From Oceanispirochaeta sp. (GTDB lineage Bacteria; Spirochaetota; Spirochaetia; DSM-2461), in NCBI GenBank assembly GCA_963666275.2, contig CAXXOA010000002.1, positions 1,600,001 through 1,664,000 of the forward strand: 64,000 nt of DNA. The letters run 5' to 3'. A program made the translations under genes and the position numbers. The notes under the pieces were generated by a model, which ran no database searches, was not told the origin of the DNA, and worked only from the letters and a program-made list of their open reading frames with translations. Below, in pieces: positions 36,937 through 45,481 of the stretch. Positions within the stretch are counted from its first letter, which is position 1; the number at the start of each line of letters is the position of its first letter.

Positions 36937-39029
36937 CAGATCTCTCCTGGCTGGAAGCTTTAAATGGAGAACAGAAGAAAGCCGTTCAGCATGCCCATGA
37001 ACCTCTGCTGATTCTGGCAGGAGCCGGTTCGGGAAAAACCCGGGTTGTCACAACCAGAATTGCCTATCTCGTACAGGAACTGGGGTTTCAGCCCCATTCG
37101 ATCCTGGCAGTCACCTTTACCAATAAGGCTGCTGCGGAGATGAGGGAAAGGGTGGCTCAGCTTGTTCCCGAAGCCCAGGGGGTCATGATCCGGACTTTTC
37201 ACTCCTTCGGCGCCTGGCTTCTCAGAAGAAACGGCGCGTCGGTAGGGCTGAAAAGCAGTTTTACCATCTATGATGACGAAGATGTCAAAGGACTTCTCAA
37301 AACCCTTTTCGGCAATCTGCCCCGGAATGAACTGAAGAGGATTGCCAGCAATATCTCCCGTGCCAAGGACGAGTGTCTCATGCCGACGGATGAGCTGGGG
37401 CACATCAGTGCGGATCCCGACTTCCCCGGATATTATGAACAGTACGAAACCCGCCTCAGGCAGATCGGAAATGCCGATTTCGGTGACCTGATCTCTCTGA
37501 CAAAAAGGCTTCTTGAAGAGAATGCCGAAGTCCGGCAGAGAATTCAGCAGAGGTTCCGTGTGATTCTGGTGGATGAATACCAGGATTCCAACAAGGCTCA
37601 GTTTCAGCTCCTCCAGCAGCTGGTGTCCCCTGATACCTGGCTCTGTGTGGTCGGAGACGATGACCAGTCCATCTACCGCTTCAGAGGGGCGGAAGTGGAG
37701 AATATCCTGGGTTTTCAGGATCAGTTTCCCGGTACAAAGGTTATAAAGCTGGAGGAGAACTACCGTTCTACAGGACATATCCTGGCGGTGGCTTCAGAGG
37801 TTGTCTCCCATAACCAGGGCCGGCTGGGAAAAAGTCTGTGGACAAGAAAAGACGAGGGGAAAAAACCCCGTCTTGTCTATCTGAGAGATCAGGATGAAGA
37901 GGCCCGATTCTGCGTGCAGATGATTTCTGACGGACATTACGGCAATACGGCCATCCTCTACAGAACCAATGCCCAGTCCCGTATCTTTGAGAAAATATTC
38001 CGCAGTGAAAATATCCCATACAGGCTCGTGGGGACCGTCAGCTTCTACAGCCGTGAAGAAGTCAAGGACTCTCTGGCCTATCTGGGGTTTTTAAGCAATC
38101 CCGCCGATGAAATCGCCTTCCGGCGGATCATCAATAAACCGGTCCGGGGGATCGGGGCGGTCTCGGTCAAAAAAATCCTCACCAGAGACGGCACCTCCCT
38201 CGTGAGCGGAGATATCATGCCCTCCCTGGCTCTGGCTCCCGGGTTTATCCGGGGAAAAGCCCGGAAGGGAATAGAAGAGTTCAATAGAATTATCAACGAG
38301 CTGAAAGAGTCCCTGCCGCAGCAGGAGAATCTCGGTGCATTTCTGAAAAATCTGATTATCGACACGGGACTGCTTGATCACTATAAAGAGCAGGACAGGA
38401 TCGAGAACACCCAGAGGGTCGGAAACCTGGAGGAGCTTGTCTCCGCCGCATCCGAATATCCTGCCACCCCCGAGGGGCTGGCCGAATTTCTGGAACTGAT
38501 AGAACTGGATCAGGCCAGCCTGGAAGAGGAAGAAACCGATCTGAACAGGGTGACTCTGATTACCATGCACAATACCAAGGGCCTGGAGTTCGACCGGGTT
38601 TTCATAACCGGCCTGGAGGAAGGGCTTTTTCCCCGGGGAAGCCTTTATGATGATGAAGAGGAGATCGAAGAGGAGCGCCGGCTGTTTTATGTCAGTATTA
38701 CCCGGGCCAGAAAGGAGCTCTATCTGACAAGCTGCCGTCGGAGGATGCTTTACGGCCGGACCGAAGAGGCTCTGCCCAGCCGGTTCCTGGAGGAGCTGCC
38801 CCGGGATCATATCGAAGTGGAGGGCGCGGAAAAAGCGGCTCCTGTCCAGTCGGACTATCCCCCGGGAACCCGGATCTATCACGAGGATTACGGGGTGGGC
38901 GAAGTGATAAGCAATGTGGAGAACAGCGGACATCTTGTCATAATGGTCCGTTTTGAAACAGGTCAGTCCATGACGTTTCTGCCCGAGTTTAGCGGGTATC
39001 AGCTGGAAAAACTGGGAGGAGAATGGTGA
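36933..39029 (+). CDS. uvrD: UvrD/PcrA-family ATP-dependent DNA helicase
   Basis: GAGSGKT, DEYQD, VGDDDQSIYRFRGA, LEENYRS, KGLEF, EERRLFYV. Confidence 0.9.
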   Translation: MTDLSWLEALNGEQKKAVQHAHEPLLILAGAGSGKTRVVTTRIAYLVQELGFQPHSILAVTFTNKAAAEMRERVAQLVPEAQGVMIRTFHSFGAWLLRRNGASVGLKSSFTIYDDEDVKGLLKTLFGNLPRNELKRIASNISRAKDECLMPTDELGHISADPDFPGYYEQYETRLRQIGNADFGDLISLTKRLLEENAEVRQRIQQRFRVILVDEYQDSNKAQFQLLQQLVSPDTWLCVVGDDDQSIYRFRGAEVENILGFQDQFPGTKVIKLEENYRSTGHILAVASEVVSHNQGRLGKSLWTRKDEGKKPRLVYLRDQDEEARFCVQMISDGHYGNTAILYRTNAQSRIFEKIFRSENIPYRLVGTVSFYSREEVKDSLAYLGFLSNPADEIAFRRIINKPVRGIGAVSVKKILTRDGTSLVSGDIMPSLALAPGFIRGKARKGIEEFNRIINELKESLPQQENLGAFLKNLIIDTGLLDHYKEQDRIENTQRVGNLEELVSAASEYPATPEGLAEFLELIELDQASLEEEETDLNRVTLITMHNTKGLEFDRVFITGLEEGLFPRGSLYDDEEEIEEERRLFYVSITRARKELYLTSCRRRMLYGRTEEALPSRFLEELPRDHIEVEGAEKAAPVQSDYPPGTRIYHEDYGVGEVISNVENSGHLVIMVRFETGQSMTFLPEFSGYQLEKLGGEW

Positions 39030-39823
39030 TGGCACCGGATCTGAAACTACTAAAAGAACTGCCTGTTATCCGGAGGGCCCGGGACTTTCACCTTTACGAC
39101 AATGGGGGGCGCCGGTTTCTGGATCTTTATCTGAACGGAGGGCGGGCCATTCTGGGCCATCGGCCGGATAAACTCTCTCTGGAACTGAAAAATACCCTTT
39201 CCCGGGGCGTTTATGCGGAGTATCCCTCTCACGAGGAGAAAAAACTGCTCAAAGCGGCCCGGGCACTCTGGGGGGAAATGTTTCCTCAGATAGGCTATTA
39301 CAGGGATCCTCTTGCTCTGATGAGCTGGTTCCGGCAGAACGGGATTTTTTCTGAACAGGACGAGATTGCGGATCCCGCCGCCCCGGCTACATCGAAAGTC
39401 TCTCTCTGGAGACCCTGGCTTCCCCTTCAGGAAGAGGTTCGCTACGCTCTTCCTGTTCTACCTCTCCCCGGCATGGAAAGGGGAATCATACTCTGTTCCC
39501 GGGATAATCTGCCCCTCCCCGAGGGGGAGTCTCCCTCTCCGGTGATCGCCGCCGGTCTGACCCGCTGTCTCTGGAGCCTGAAATCCCGGATGGACAGACC
39601 GGAATATTTCAGCGGAATAAGCGAAGAGGTTCTGCCCGGTTTTGAAGGATGGACCCGCAGAGGGCCCTATCTGATGTATAATGGCACAAAAGAGGAGTAT
39701 ACCGCCCTGTTCCGGAAAAAACTGGAAGCGGGAATCCTCATTCCTCCCGATCCGGCTCTGCCGGCAATCCTGCCCGGAGAGCTGACCACGGGAGATCTGA
39801 AAATTCTGAAGAAAAATTTCTGA
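39023..39823 (+). CDS. Shortened class-III aminotransferase/HemL-like protein of unknown function
   Basis: PVIRRARDFHLYDNGGRRFLDLYLNGGRAILGH N-terminus and LFRKKLEAGILIPP C-terminus; only 266 aa. Confidence 0.65.
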   Translation: MVMAPDLKLLKELPVIRRARDFHLYDNGGRRFLDLYLNGGRAILGHRPDKLSLELKNTLSRGVYAEYPSHEEKKLLKAARALWGEMFPQIGYYRDPLALMSWFRQNGIFSEQDEIADPAAPATSKVSLWRPWLPLQEEVRYALPVLPLPGMERGIILCSRDNLPLPEGESPSPVIAAGLTRCLWSLKSRMDRPEYFSGISEEVLPGFEGWTRRGPYLMYNGTKEEYTALFRKKLEAGILIPPDPALPAILPGELTTGDLKILKKNF

Positions 39824-39838
39824 AACCGGGAGATAGGT

Positions 39839-40132
39839 ATGGACTATGTATGGACCCTGCTGATTCAATGTACTGTCAGTTTCCTTTCGGCTTTCCTGGC
39901 AATCTGGGTCTGGACCCGGAGCAGGCAGGCGGGCTGGCTATTTCTGATTCTGGGTTGTCTGTTTCACTTCCTCCTGCTCCTTCTGGAGGTTTTGTCCCTT
40001 TTCGGGATTCTTCCCTACGATTACAGGAACCCCGGAGCTCTGCCGCTCTGGCTCTCCCTGTCCCGGTCCCTCCCGTATCTGCTCTATTCCGCGGGATTTT
40101 TCCTTTTCATCAGAAAGAACCATTTCTTTTAG
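39839..40132 (+). CDS. Small membrane protein with three TM helices
   Basis: 97 aa, hydrophobic, GGAG SD, co-oriented in the operon. Confidence 0.7.
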   Translation: MDYVWTLLIQCTVSFLSAFLAIWVWTRSRQAGWLFLILGCLFHFLLLLLEVLSLFGILPYDYRNPGALPLWLSLSRSLPYLLYSAGFFLFIRKNHFF

Positions 40133-40162
40133 ATAAAGTATTGTCAGCAGGGGAGTTCCATA

Positions 40163-40191
40163 TTGACAAATATTCTTCCTTATGGGAGACT
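40163..40191 (+). promoter_or_regulatory. Putative rplM-rpsI promoter
   Basis: TTGACA-17 nt-GAGACT with an extended TG. Confidence 0.45.
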
Positions 40192-40247
40192 AGTGAACCC
40201 GTTACGACTATAAAAAAGACCTATATTGGATAAGGCAGTAAAAAGAA

Positions 40248-40676
40248 ATGAAAACAATTTTTGTTAAACCTAATGAAGTAGAGCGCAAATGGTACGTCAT
40301 TGACGCTGCTGGTCAGCCTCTCGGCCGTGTCGCAGTTAAAGCCGCCTGGATACTGCGCGGAAAGAATAAAGCTCTCTATACCCCTCACCAGGAAGTGGGT
40401 GATTACGTAATTATCGTTAATGCCAAAGAGGCAGTTATGACCGGTAATAAAAGAGCTGACAAGATGTATTACAGACACTCAGGCTACCTGGGCGGAATGA
40501 AATCTGAAAACTATGAAAAACTGGTTGCCAGAAAACCCACAGCTCCCATGGAAAAAGCTGTTAAGGGTATGCTCCCCAAAGGACCCCTTGGAAACAAACT
40601 TTATTCCAACGTAAAAATTTATGCCGGTGCAGAACATCCTCACGTGGCTCAGCAGCCCGTAAAGATTGAGATGTAA
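40248..40676 (+). CDS. rplM: 50S ribosomal protein L13
   Basis: [38 protein letters not shown]. Confidence 0.98.
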   Translation: MKTIFVKPNEVERKWYVIDAAGQPLGRVAVKAAWILRGKNKALYTPHQEVGDYVIIVNAKEAVMTGNKRADKMYYRHSGYLGGMKSENYEKLVARKPTAPMEKAVKGMLPKGPLGNKLYSNVKIYAGAEHPHVAQQPVKIEM

Positions 40677-40693
40677 GGAACAGGAGAAAAACA

Positions 40694-41086
40694 GTGATTA
40701 AAAATCTTGCACATGGAACAGGAAGAAGAAAAACAGCCACTGCTCGTGTTTATCTGAGACAGGGCAAAGGTGAAATTAAAGTAAACGGCAAAGCGATCAA
40801 TGAGTTCTTCCCTATTGATCAGCAGGTTGCCATGATCCGTCAGCCTCTGGTTGTGACTGACAGTGATGACAAATACGATATTCTGATCAACGTGAAAGGC
40901 GGAGGAATCAGCGGTCAGGCCGGTGCCTGTCGTCATGGTATTTCAAGAGCTCTTGTAGAGCTGGATGAAGCCAACAGGCCTTCCCTTAAAGCCAACGGTT
41001 TCCTCACAAGGGACTCCAGAATGGTAGAGAGAAAGAAGTATGGACAGAAAGGAGCCAGAAGAAGGTTCCAGTTCTCCAAACGTTAA
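40694..41086 (+). CDS. rpsI: 30S ribosomal protein S9
   Basis: [28 protein letters not shown]...QFSKR. Confidence 0.98.
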   Translation: MIKNLAHGTGRRKTATARVYLRQGKGEIKVNGKAINEFFPIDQQVAMIRQPLVVTDSDDKYDILINVKGGGISGQAGACRHGISRALVELDEANRPSLKANGFLTRDSRMVERKKYGQKGARRRFQFSKR

Positions 41087-41693
41087 TCTCCATATCGCGG
41101 ATTTGCGAAGAAGAGGAACCAGAGAGGAAACGGTCGCCGTTACCCTCTCAGAGGGTTCCTCTTTTTTTATTCCCCTGGAATGGAGCCGGGAGTTTCCCAA
41201 AGGGACTCCCCTGGGCGAAGAACAACTGGAAAGGATACAGCAGGCGGATCAGTATATCCGCTGCAGAGAGTGGGGTGCCTCTTTCCTCGCCTCCCGGGAA
41301 GAGTCCTCGGGAAGGCTTGTCCTGAAGATGATACAGCGGGGATTTGACAGGGAAACGGGCCTGAGGGTTCTGGCAGAGCTGCAGGAACTTGGATTTCAGG
41401 ATGATCATCGCTTTGCAGAGCAGTGGATCCGTTCCCGGTGCCGCCGTCACCCCGAGAGCCGTTCTCATATGGAAGCCGGCCTTGTCCAGAGGGGGGTGGA
41501 GAGAGATCTTGCCCGTCAGGTCCTCAGGGAGGAAGTGAGTGAAGAGGATGAGCAGGAGATGCTGGTCCTCTATATAGAAAAGGTTATTCCTCCCGGAAAA
41601 ACCCCGGATGAGAAGGTGATTCGCAGAATCATGCGCCGCGGTTTTTCCTACAATCGCATAAAAGATTATTTATTTCGTAGAAATGGCGAATAA
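41040..41693 (+). CDS. recX: Regulatory protein RecX
   Basis: [45 protein letters not shown]; start uncertain, overlaps rpsI. Confidence 0.8.
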   Translation: MDRKEPEEGSSSPNVNLHIADLRRRGTREETVAVTLSEGSSFFIPLEWSREFPKGTPLGEEQLERIQQADQYIRCREWGASFLASREESSGRLVLKMIQRGFDRETGLRVLAELQELGFQDDHRFAEQWIRSRCRRHPESRSHMEAGLVQRGVERDLARQVLREEVSEEDEQEMLVLYIEKVIPPGKTPDEKVIRRIMRRGFSYNRIKDYLFRRNGE

Positions 41694-41740
41694 ACCGCGC
41701 TATAATGAAACATAATTCAGAGGCTGAGGATGTTGATTCT

Positions 41741-42091
41741 ATGAGTGCAGAAAAAAATATACTTGTCGTTGAAGATGAAGATGCGATACGTCTGACTTTA
41801 CGGGATTATCTTGTAAAGAAAGGGTATAAAGTCTTTGTGGCTTCCGATGGAGTAGGGGCTATCAAGCAGCTTCTGGATAACCCGCAGATCAAGGTTATTG
41901 TCAGCGATTATCGCATGGAGATCCTCGGTGGAGATTACTGGATCAAATTCCTTTCCCACTACTGCAGAGATCTTGAAATCATCATTACCAGCGGATTTCT
42001 CCGTCCCGAGTTTCCCATCCCTTTTAAAGTTTTTTACAAGCCCTATGATTATGCCGATCTAGAATCGGCTCTGGGGGAGTGTTTTTCCTGA
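41741..42091 (+). CDS. Single-domain response regulator
   Basis: ILVVEDE, IVSDYRM, ITSG, KPY; ATG 41741 with GAGG SD. Confidence 0.85.
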   Translation: MSAEKNILVVEDEDAIRLTLRDYLVKKGYKVFVASDGVGAIKQLLDNPQIKVIVSDYRMEILGGDYWIKFLSHYCRDLEIIITSGFLRPEFPIPFKVFYKPYDYADLESALGECFS

Positions 42092-42366
42092 TGATTCAGG
42101 CCTGGAAAATAAGAGTTCTGGGCAGAGTTCAGGGCGTGGGCTTCCGCTATTCCGCCCGTCGGGAAGCTGAGCGTCTCGGCCTTGCCGGCTGGGTCCGGAA
42201 CTCTCCTGATGGTTCGGTAGAGATTTTTGTGCAGGGAGATGATAATCCCTTGGACATTTTTTTTTCATGGCTGAACCGGGGACCTTCCTATTCTCATGTC
42301 AGGGAGGTTGTTAAGTCTCCCGGGGGTGTCCAGTCCGGTCTTTCCAGTTTTGATATTACCTTTTAG
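42091..42366 (+). CDS. acyP: Acylphosphatase
   Basis: GRVQGVGFRY, GWVRNSPDGSVE; TGATG coupling to the upstream gene. Confidence 0.92.
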   Translation: MIQAWKIRVLGRVQGVGFRYSARREAERLGLAGWVRNSPDGSVEIFVQGDDNPLDIFFSWLNRGPSYSHVREVVKSPGGVQSGLSSFDITF

Positions 42367-44321
42367 CTTTTCAATACAGGTGCCTTGAGAGGTATGTCCA
42401 GGGAAAATACAGTGCCCTCTCCCGAGATCTCCTCCACATTCAAAAATCCCCCGAGAATCTTTCTTGCCGTATTATAGGCAATATGAAGCCCCAGTCCGGT
42501 GCCGCCCTGTCCCATCCTGGTTGTAAAAAAAGGGTCAAATATCTTGTTTTTAATCTCCTCCGGTATCCCCCTGCCGTTATCTGTGACCTGTATCCGGCAC
42601 CACTCTTCCGTTTTTTCATCGTAGCAGCACTCTTCCGGCAGCTTGCCTGCTGATATGGTAAGAAGACCCGGTTTATTGTCTTCCCAGGCATGGAGCAGGG
42701 CGTTGGTCACGAGGTTTGTGAGGATCTGGCTGACAGGACCGGGATAACTGTTCAGGGTCAGGTCTTCTATCTCTGTGTTTATTGTGATCCCCGGGTATTT
42801 TTTTATCATCGGTGCCAGGGTAATGAGGGTATCGTCAATGAGTTTTTTCAGATGAAACTTTCTTTTTATTGAGCTGGACTGATCACTGGAGACATCTTTG
42901 AAACTTGTGACCAGTTCTGCTACCCGGGAAATATTCTTCTCTACAATATCCATTCCCGTCTTACTGGTATTGAGGTATCCTTCCAGGTCATTCCGGGTTA
43001 TTCCCTCCTGAAGTTTAAGGGAGAACTGCTCCTCTTCATCCTGCATGGCTGTGACAATCGTGACAATATTACCGATCGGAGTATTCAGTTCATGAGCCAT
43101 TCCGGCCACCATCCTCCCCAGAGAGGCGTGTTTCTCAGACTCCACAAGGACATCCTGCATCTCTGTCAGATTCTGAAGAGTCTTTTTCAGTTCTATATTG
43201 CTTGTGTTCAGCTGATCTGTCCGTTCTGCTACCCTGGACTCCAGCGCTTCATTCAGCTGGGTAAGAGACTGTTCCCGCTCTTTTATCCTGCGGGACATGA
43301 GGACCATAGTGGTTGCCAGGGTATTAAAATCCTTTGTAAGGCCAACCAGTTGATGATCCAGCTCTTCTCCTTCAGCAATTTTTTCAGCCATGATTCTCAG
43401 ATGGGTCACATACTTGATAAGACGTCGGGTACCCAGGGGTGTACTGATAAGGGCAATCAATATGAAAGAGAGGAACAGGACAATCATTCCTCTGACTGTA
43501 CTTCTTGTTTCAGGGTTATCCAGGCCGGCGGGAATCCCTACAAGGAAGATCCAGCCGAGCTTTTCGGATCTTGCTGCTGACGGATGATAGTACTGACCCT
43601 GAATATTCACGATATCGGGAAGCTCTTCTCCTCTTATGGCGTTCTGTATAAAAGGGTACCCGCTGACGTTTAAAATGCCCGAACTGGATTTCATTCCTGT
43701 ATCCACATCCAGCTCACCCTTCCCGTCAACAACCCAGACGCGGGAGTTCTGATCAGAAGCGGTTTCCACAATGTGAAGCAGATAGTCCAGGCTTATTTCT
43801 GCAATGATGGCCGTTTCTTCAGATCTGATTCCCAGTCCCACAGAAGTGTCTCCTGTAAAGGAGGAGACAAATTTATCACTCCATAGAGGATGTTCCTGAT
43901 TGTCCAGGCTGTTGTAGAGGGGGTTGTAGCTGAAATCAATTCCTTTCAGGTCTTCATGCAGGGGGTTATCATACAGCTTTGTTCCCACGCTGGTTGTGAG
44001 TCCCCGCCGGTCTATTTTGTAGAGGGCTTTTATTTGAGTCTGTGAGTTGATGATTGTATTCAGCAGCTGTCCCATTTCCTGCTCATCCATGGTCTTGCCA
44101 GCCTGCAGGATTGTTTTCAGGTTCAGTTCTATCCCGGAAAGGATCTCCTCAGTCCTTTCTGTCATATTTTTGAGAACCTCTTCCGACTGCTTATGGAGTT
44201 CATCTGCGGTTGTGACGGATCGTATAAAATACACTGAGGTTCCGGTGATCCCCAGGGTTATAACAGAAATGGCAATCATCTGCAGCAGAATGTAAGAGCG
44301 GAAAGAGACGCCTTTTTTCAT
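42363..44321 (-). CDS. Sensor histidine kinase (Cache-like periplasmic domain, HAMP)
   Basis: SEKHASLGRMVAGMAHELNTPIG, SYPGPVSQILTNL, GTGLGL. Confidence 0.9.
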   Translation of the reverse strand: MKKGVSFRSYILLQMIAISVITLGITGTSVYFIRSVTTADELHKQSEEVLKNMTERTEEILSGIELNLKTILQAGKTMDEQEMGQLLNTIINSQTQIKALYKIDRRGLTTSVGTKLYDNPLHEDLKGIDFSYNPLYNSLDNQEHPLWSDKFVSSFTGDTSVGLGIRSEETAIIAEISLDYLLHIVETASDQNSRVWVVDGKGELDVDTGMKSSSGILNVSGYPFIQNAIRGEELPDIVNIQGQYYHPSAARSEKLGWIFLVGIPAGLDNPETRSTVRGMIVLFLSFILIALISTPLGTRRLIKYVTHLRIMAEKIAEGEELDHQLVGLTKDFNTLATTMVLMSRRIKEREQSLTQLNEALESRVAERTDQLNTSNIELKKTLQNLTEMQDVLVESEKHASLGRMVAGMAHELNTPIGNIVTIVTAMQDEEEQFSLKLQEGITRNDLEGYLNTSKTGMDIVEKNISRVAELVTSFKDVSSDQSSSIKRKFHLKKLIDDTLITLAPMIKKYPGITINTEIEDLTLNSYPGPVSQILTNLVTNALLHAWEDNKPGLLTISAGKLPEECCYDEKTEEWCRIQVTDNGRGIPEEIKNKIFDPFFTTRMGQGGTGLGLHIAYNTARKILGGFLNVEEISGEGTVFSLDIPLKAPVLKS

Positions 44322-44323
44322 AA

Positions 44324-45481
44324 TCAGGGCGCTTTCCTGAACTGCCGACCTTCTATGACGACAAAATTGGCAGTCCTCCGGCTGTCTCCGAACTCATTGA
44401 ACTGAATCGGCTGCTGCAGTCCCTGAAAGGGACTGTTTCCCAGAATGAAATCTTTGATTGGTTCTTTCCTTTCCCGTCCTTCCAGTGCCTGAAGGATGAC
44501 CATGGCGGCATCATAGGCCAGGACACTTGAAAAACCGGGGAGCTGATTGAACATCTCTCTGTACTCTCTGACAAAGTTCAGATAATCCGGCTGGTTTCCG
44601 AACTGATCATAGTTCTGAAGGATTTCAATCCCGGTCACAGCCGGCCCTCCCATTTCTATGAGCTGCTGGGTCCCCGCCCATTCCGCCGCCAGAATGGGAA
44701 TGGTTTCGCTGATCTTCCTTATCTGGGGAGCAATGCGGGCAACGTCCACCGAATTGGATATCATAATCAGCGATTGGGGATCATCTTCCAGGGATTTCGA
44801 GACAATCTCTCCCACCCTGTCTCCCCGGGCAAGATTGTATTTTACCCGGTTGACAACGGTTCCCCCCAGCTCCTCATAGCGGGTCTGGAATTGGGATGCC
44901 CAGCTTTCCGAAAAAGAGGAGTTCTGCTGATCAATCAGCATTGTGGCAGTTCTGTAGTCTCTGTGTGTAAACATCTGTTCGGCATAATCATAGGCATTGT
45001 CTCTTGTACTTGAATTGATCGTGATCAGGTTGTCGTCTTTTCCATGGAGATGATACGCCGAAGCAGTGGGTGTTATCACAAGGAGACCCGACGCCGAAGC
45101 TATCTGAACCACTCTTTCAGTGAGAGTCGTCGTAAAAGGTCCGATTATGACTGAAACATCCTTTGATATCAGATCTTTTGTCGCTATTTCGGCAGAGGCT
45201 ACTTCATTTTCATCATCCCTGATGAGAAGTTCCACCGGAGTGCCGTTCAGGCCGCCTTTGCTGTTATACCTGGTTACCGCCAGGAGTATTCCATTGCGCC
45301 CGGATTCTCCCAGATCGGCATTTCCTCCCGAAAGGCCTGCGATTACACCGATTTTAACAGCATCTCCCCTGCTGCCGCAGGAGGAAAGAAGCAGAATGAG
45401 GAGCAGCGGTATGACCCGTATGAGCCCTTTCGGGGGAGAGAGGTGAAATCTTATAGATTTTCTGTCCTGTTTTTCAGCCAT
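44324..45481 (-). CDS. LivK-like (branched-chain amino acid type) substrate-binding lipoprotein with no adjacent ABC permease
   Basis: Lipobox LSSC, VKIGVIAGLSG, GGLNGTPVELLIRDD, AYDAA, FNEFGD. Confidence 0.85.
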   Translation of the reverse strand: MAEKQDRKSIRFHLSPPKGLIRVIPLLLILLLSSCGSRGDAVKIGVIAGLSGGNADLGESGRNGILLAVTRYNSKGGLNGTPVELLIRDDENEVASAEIATKDLISKDVSVIIGPFTTTLTERVVQIASASGLLVITPTASAYHLHGKDDNLITINSSTRDNAYDYAEQMFTHRDYRTATMLIDQQNSSFSESWASQFQTRYEELGGTVVNRVKYNLARGDRVGEIVSKSLEDDPQSLIMISNSVDVARIAPQIRKISETIPILAAEWAGTQQLIEMGGPAVTGIEILQNYDQFGNQPDYLNFVREYREMFNQLPGFSSVLAYDAAMVILQALEGRERKEPIKDFILGNSPFQGLQQPIQFNEFGDSRRTANFVVIEGRQFRKAP

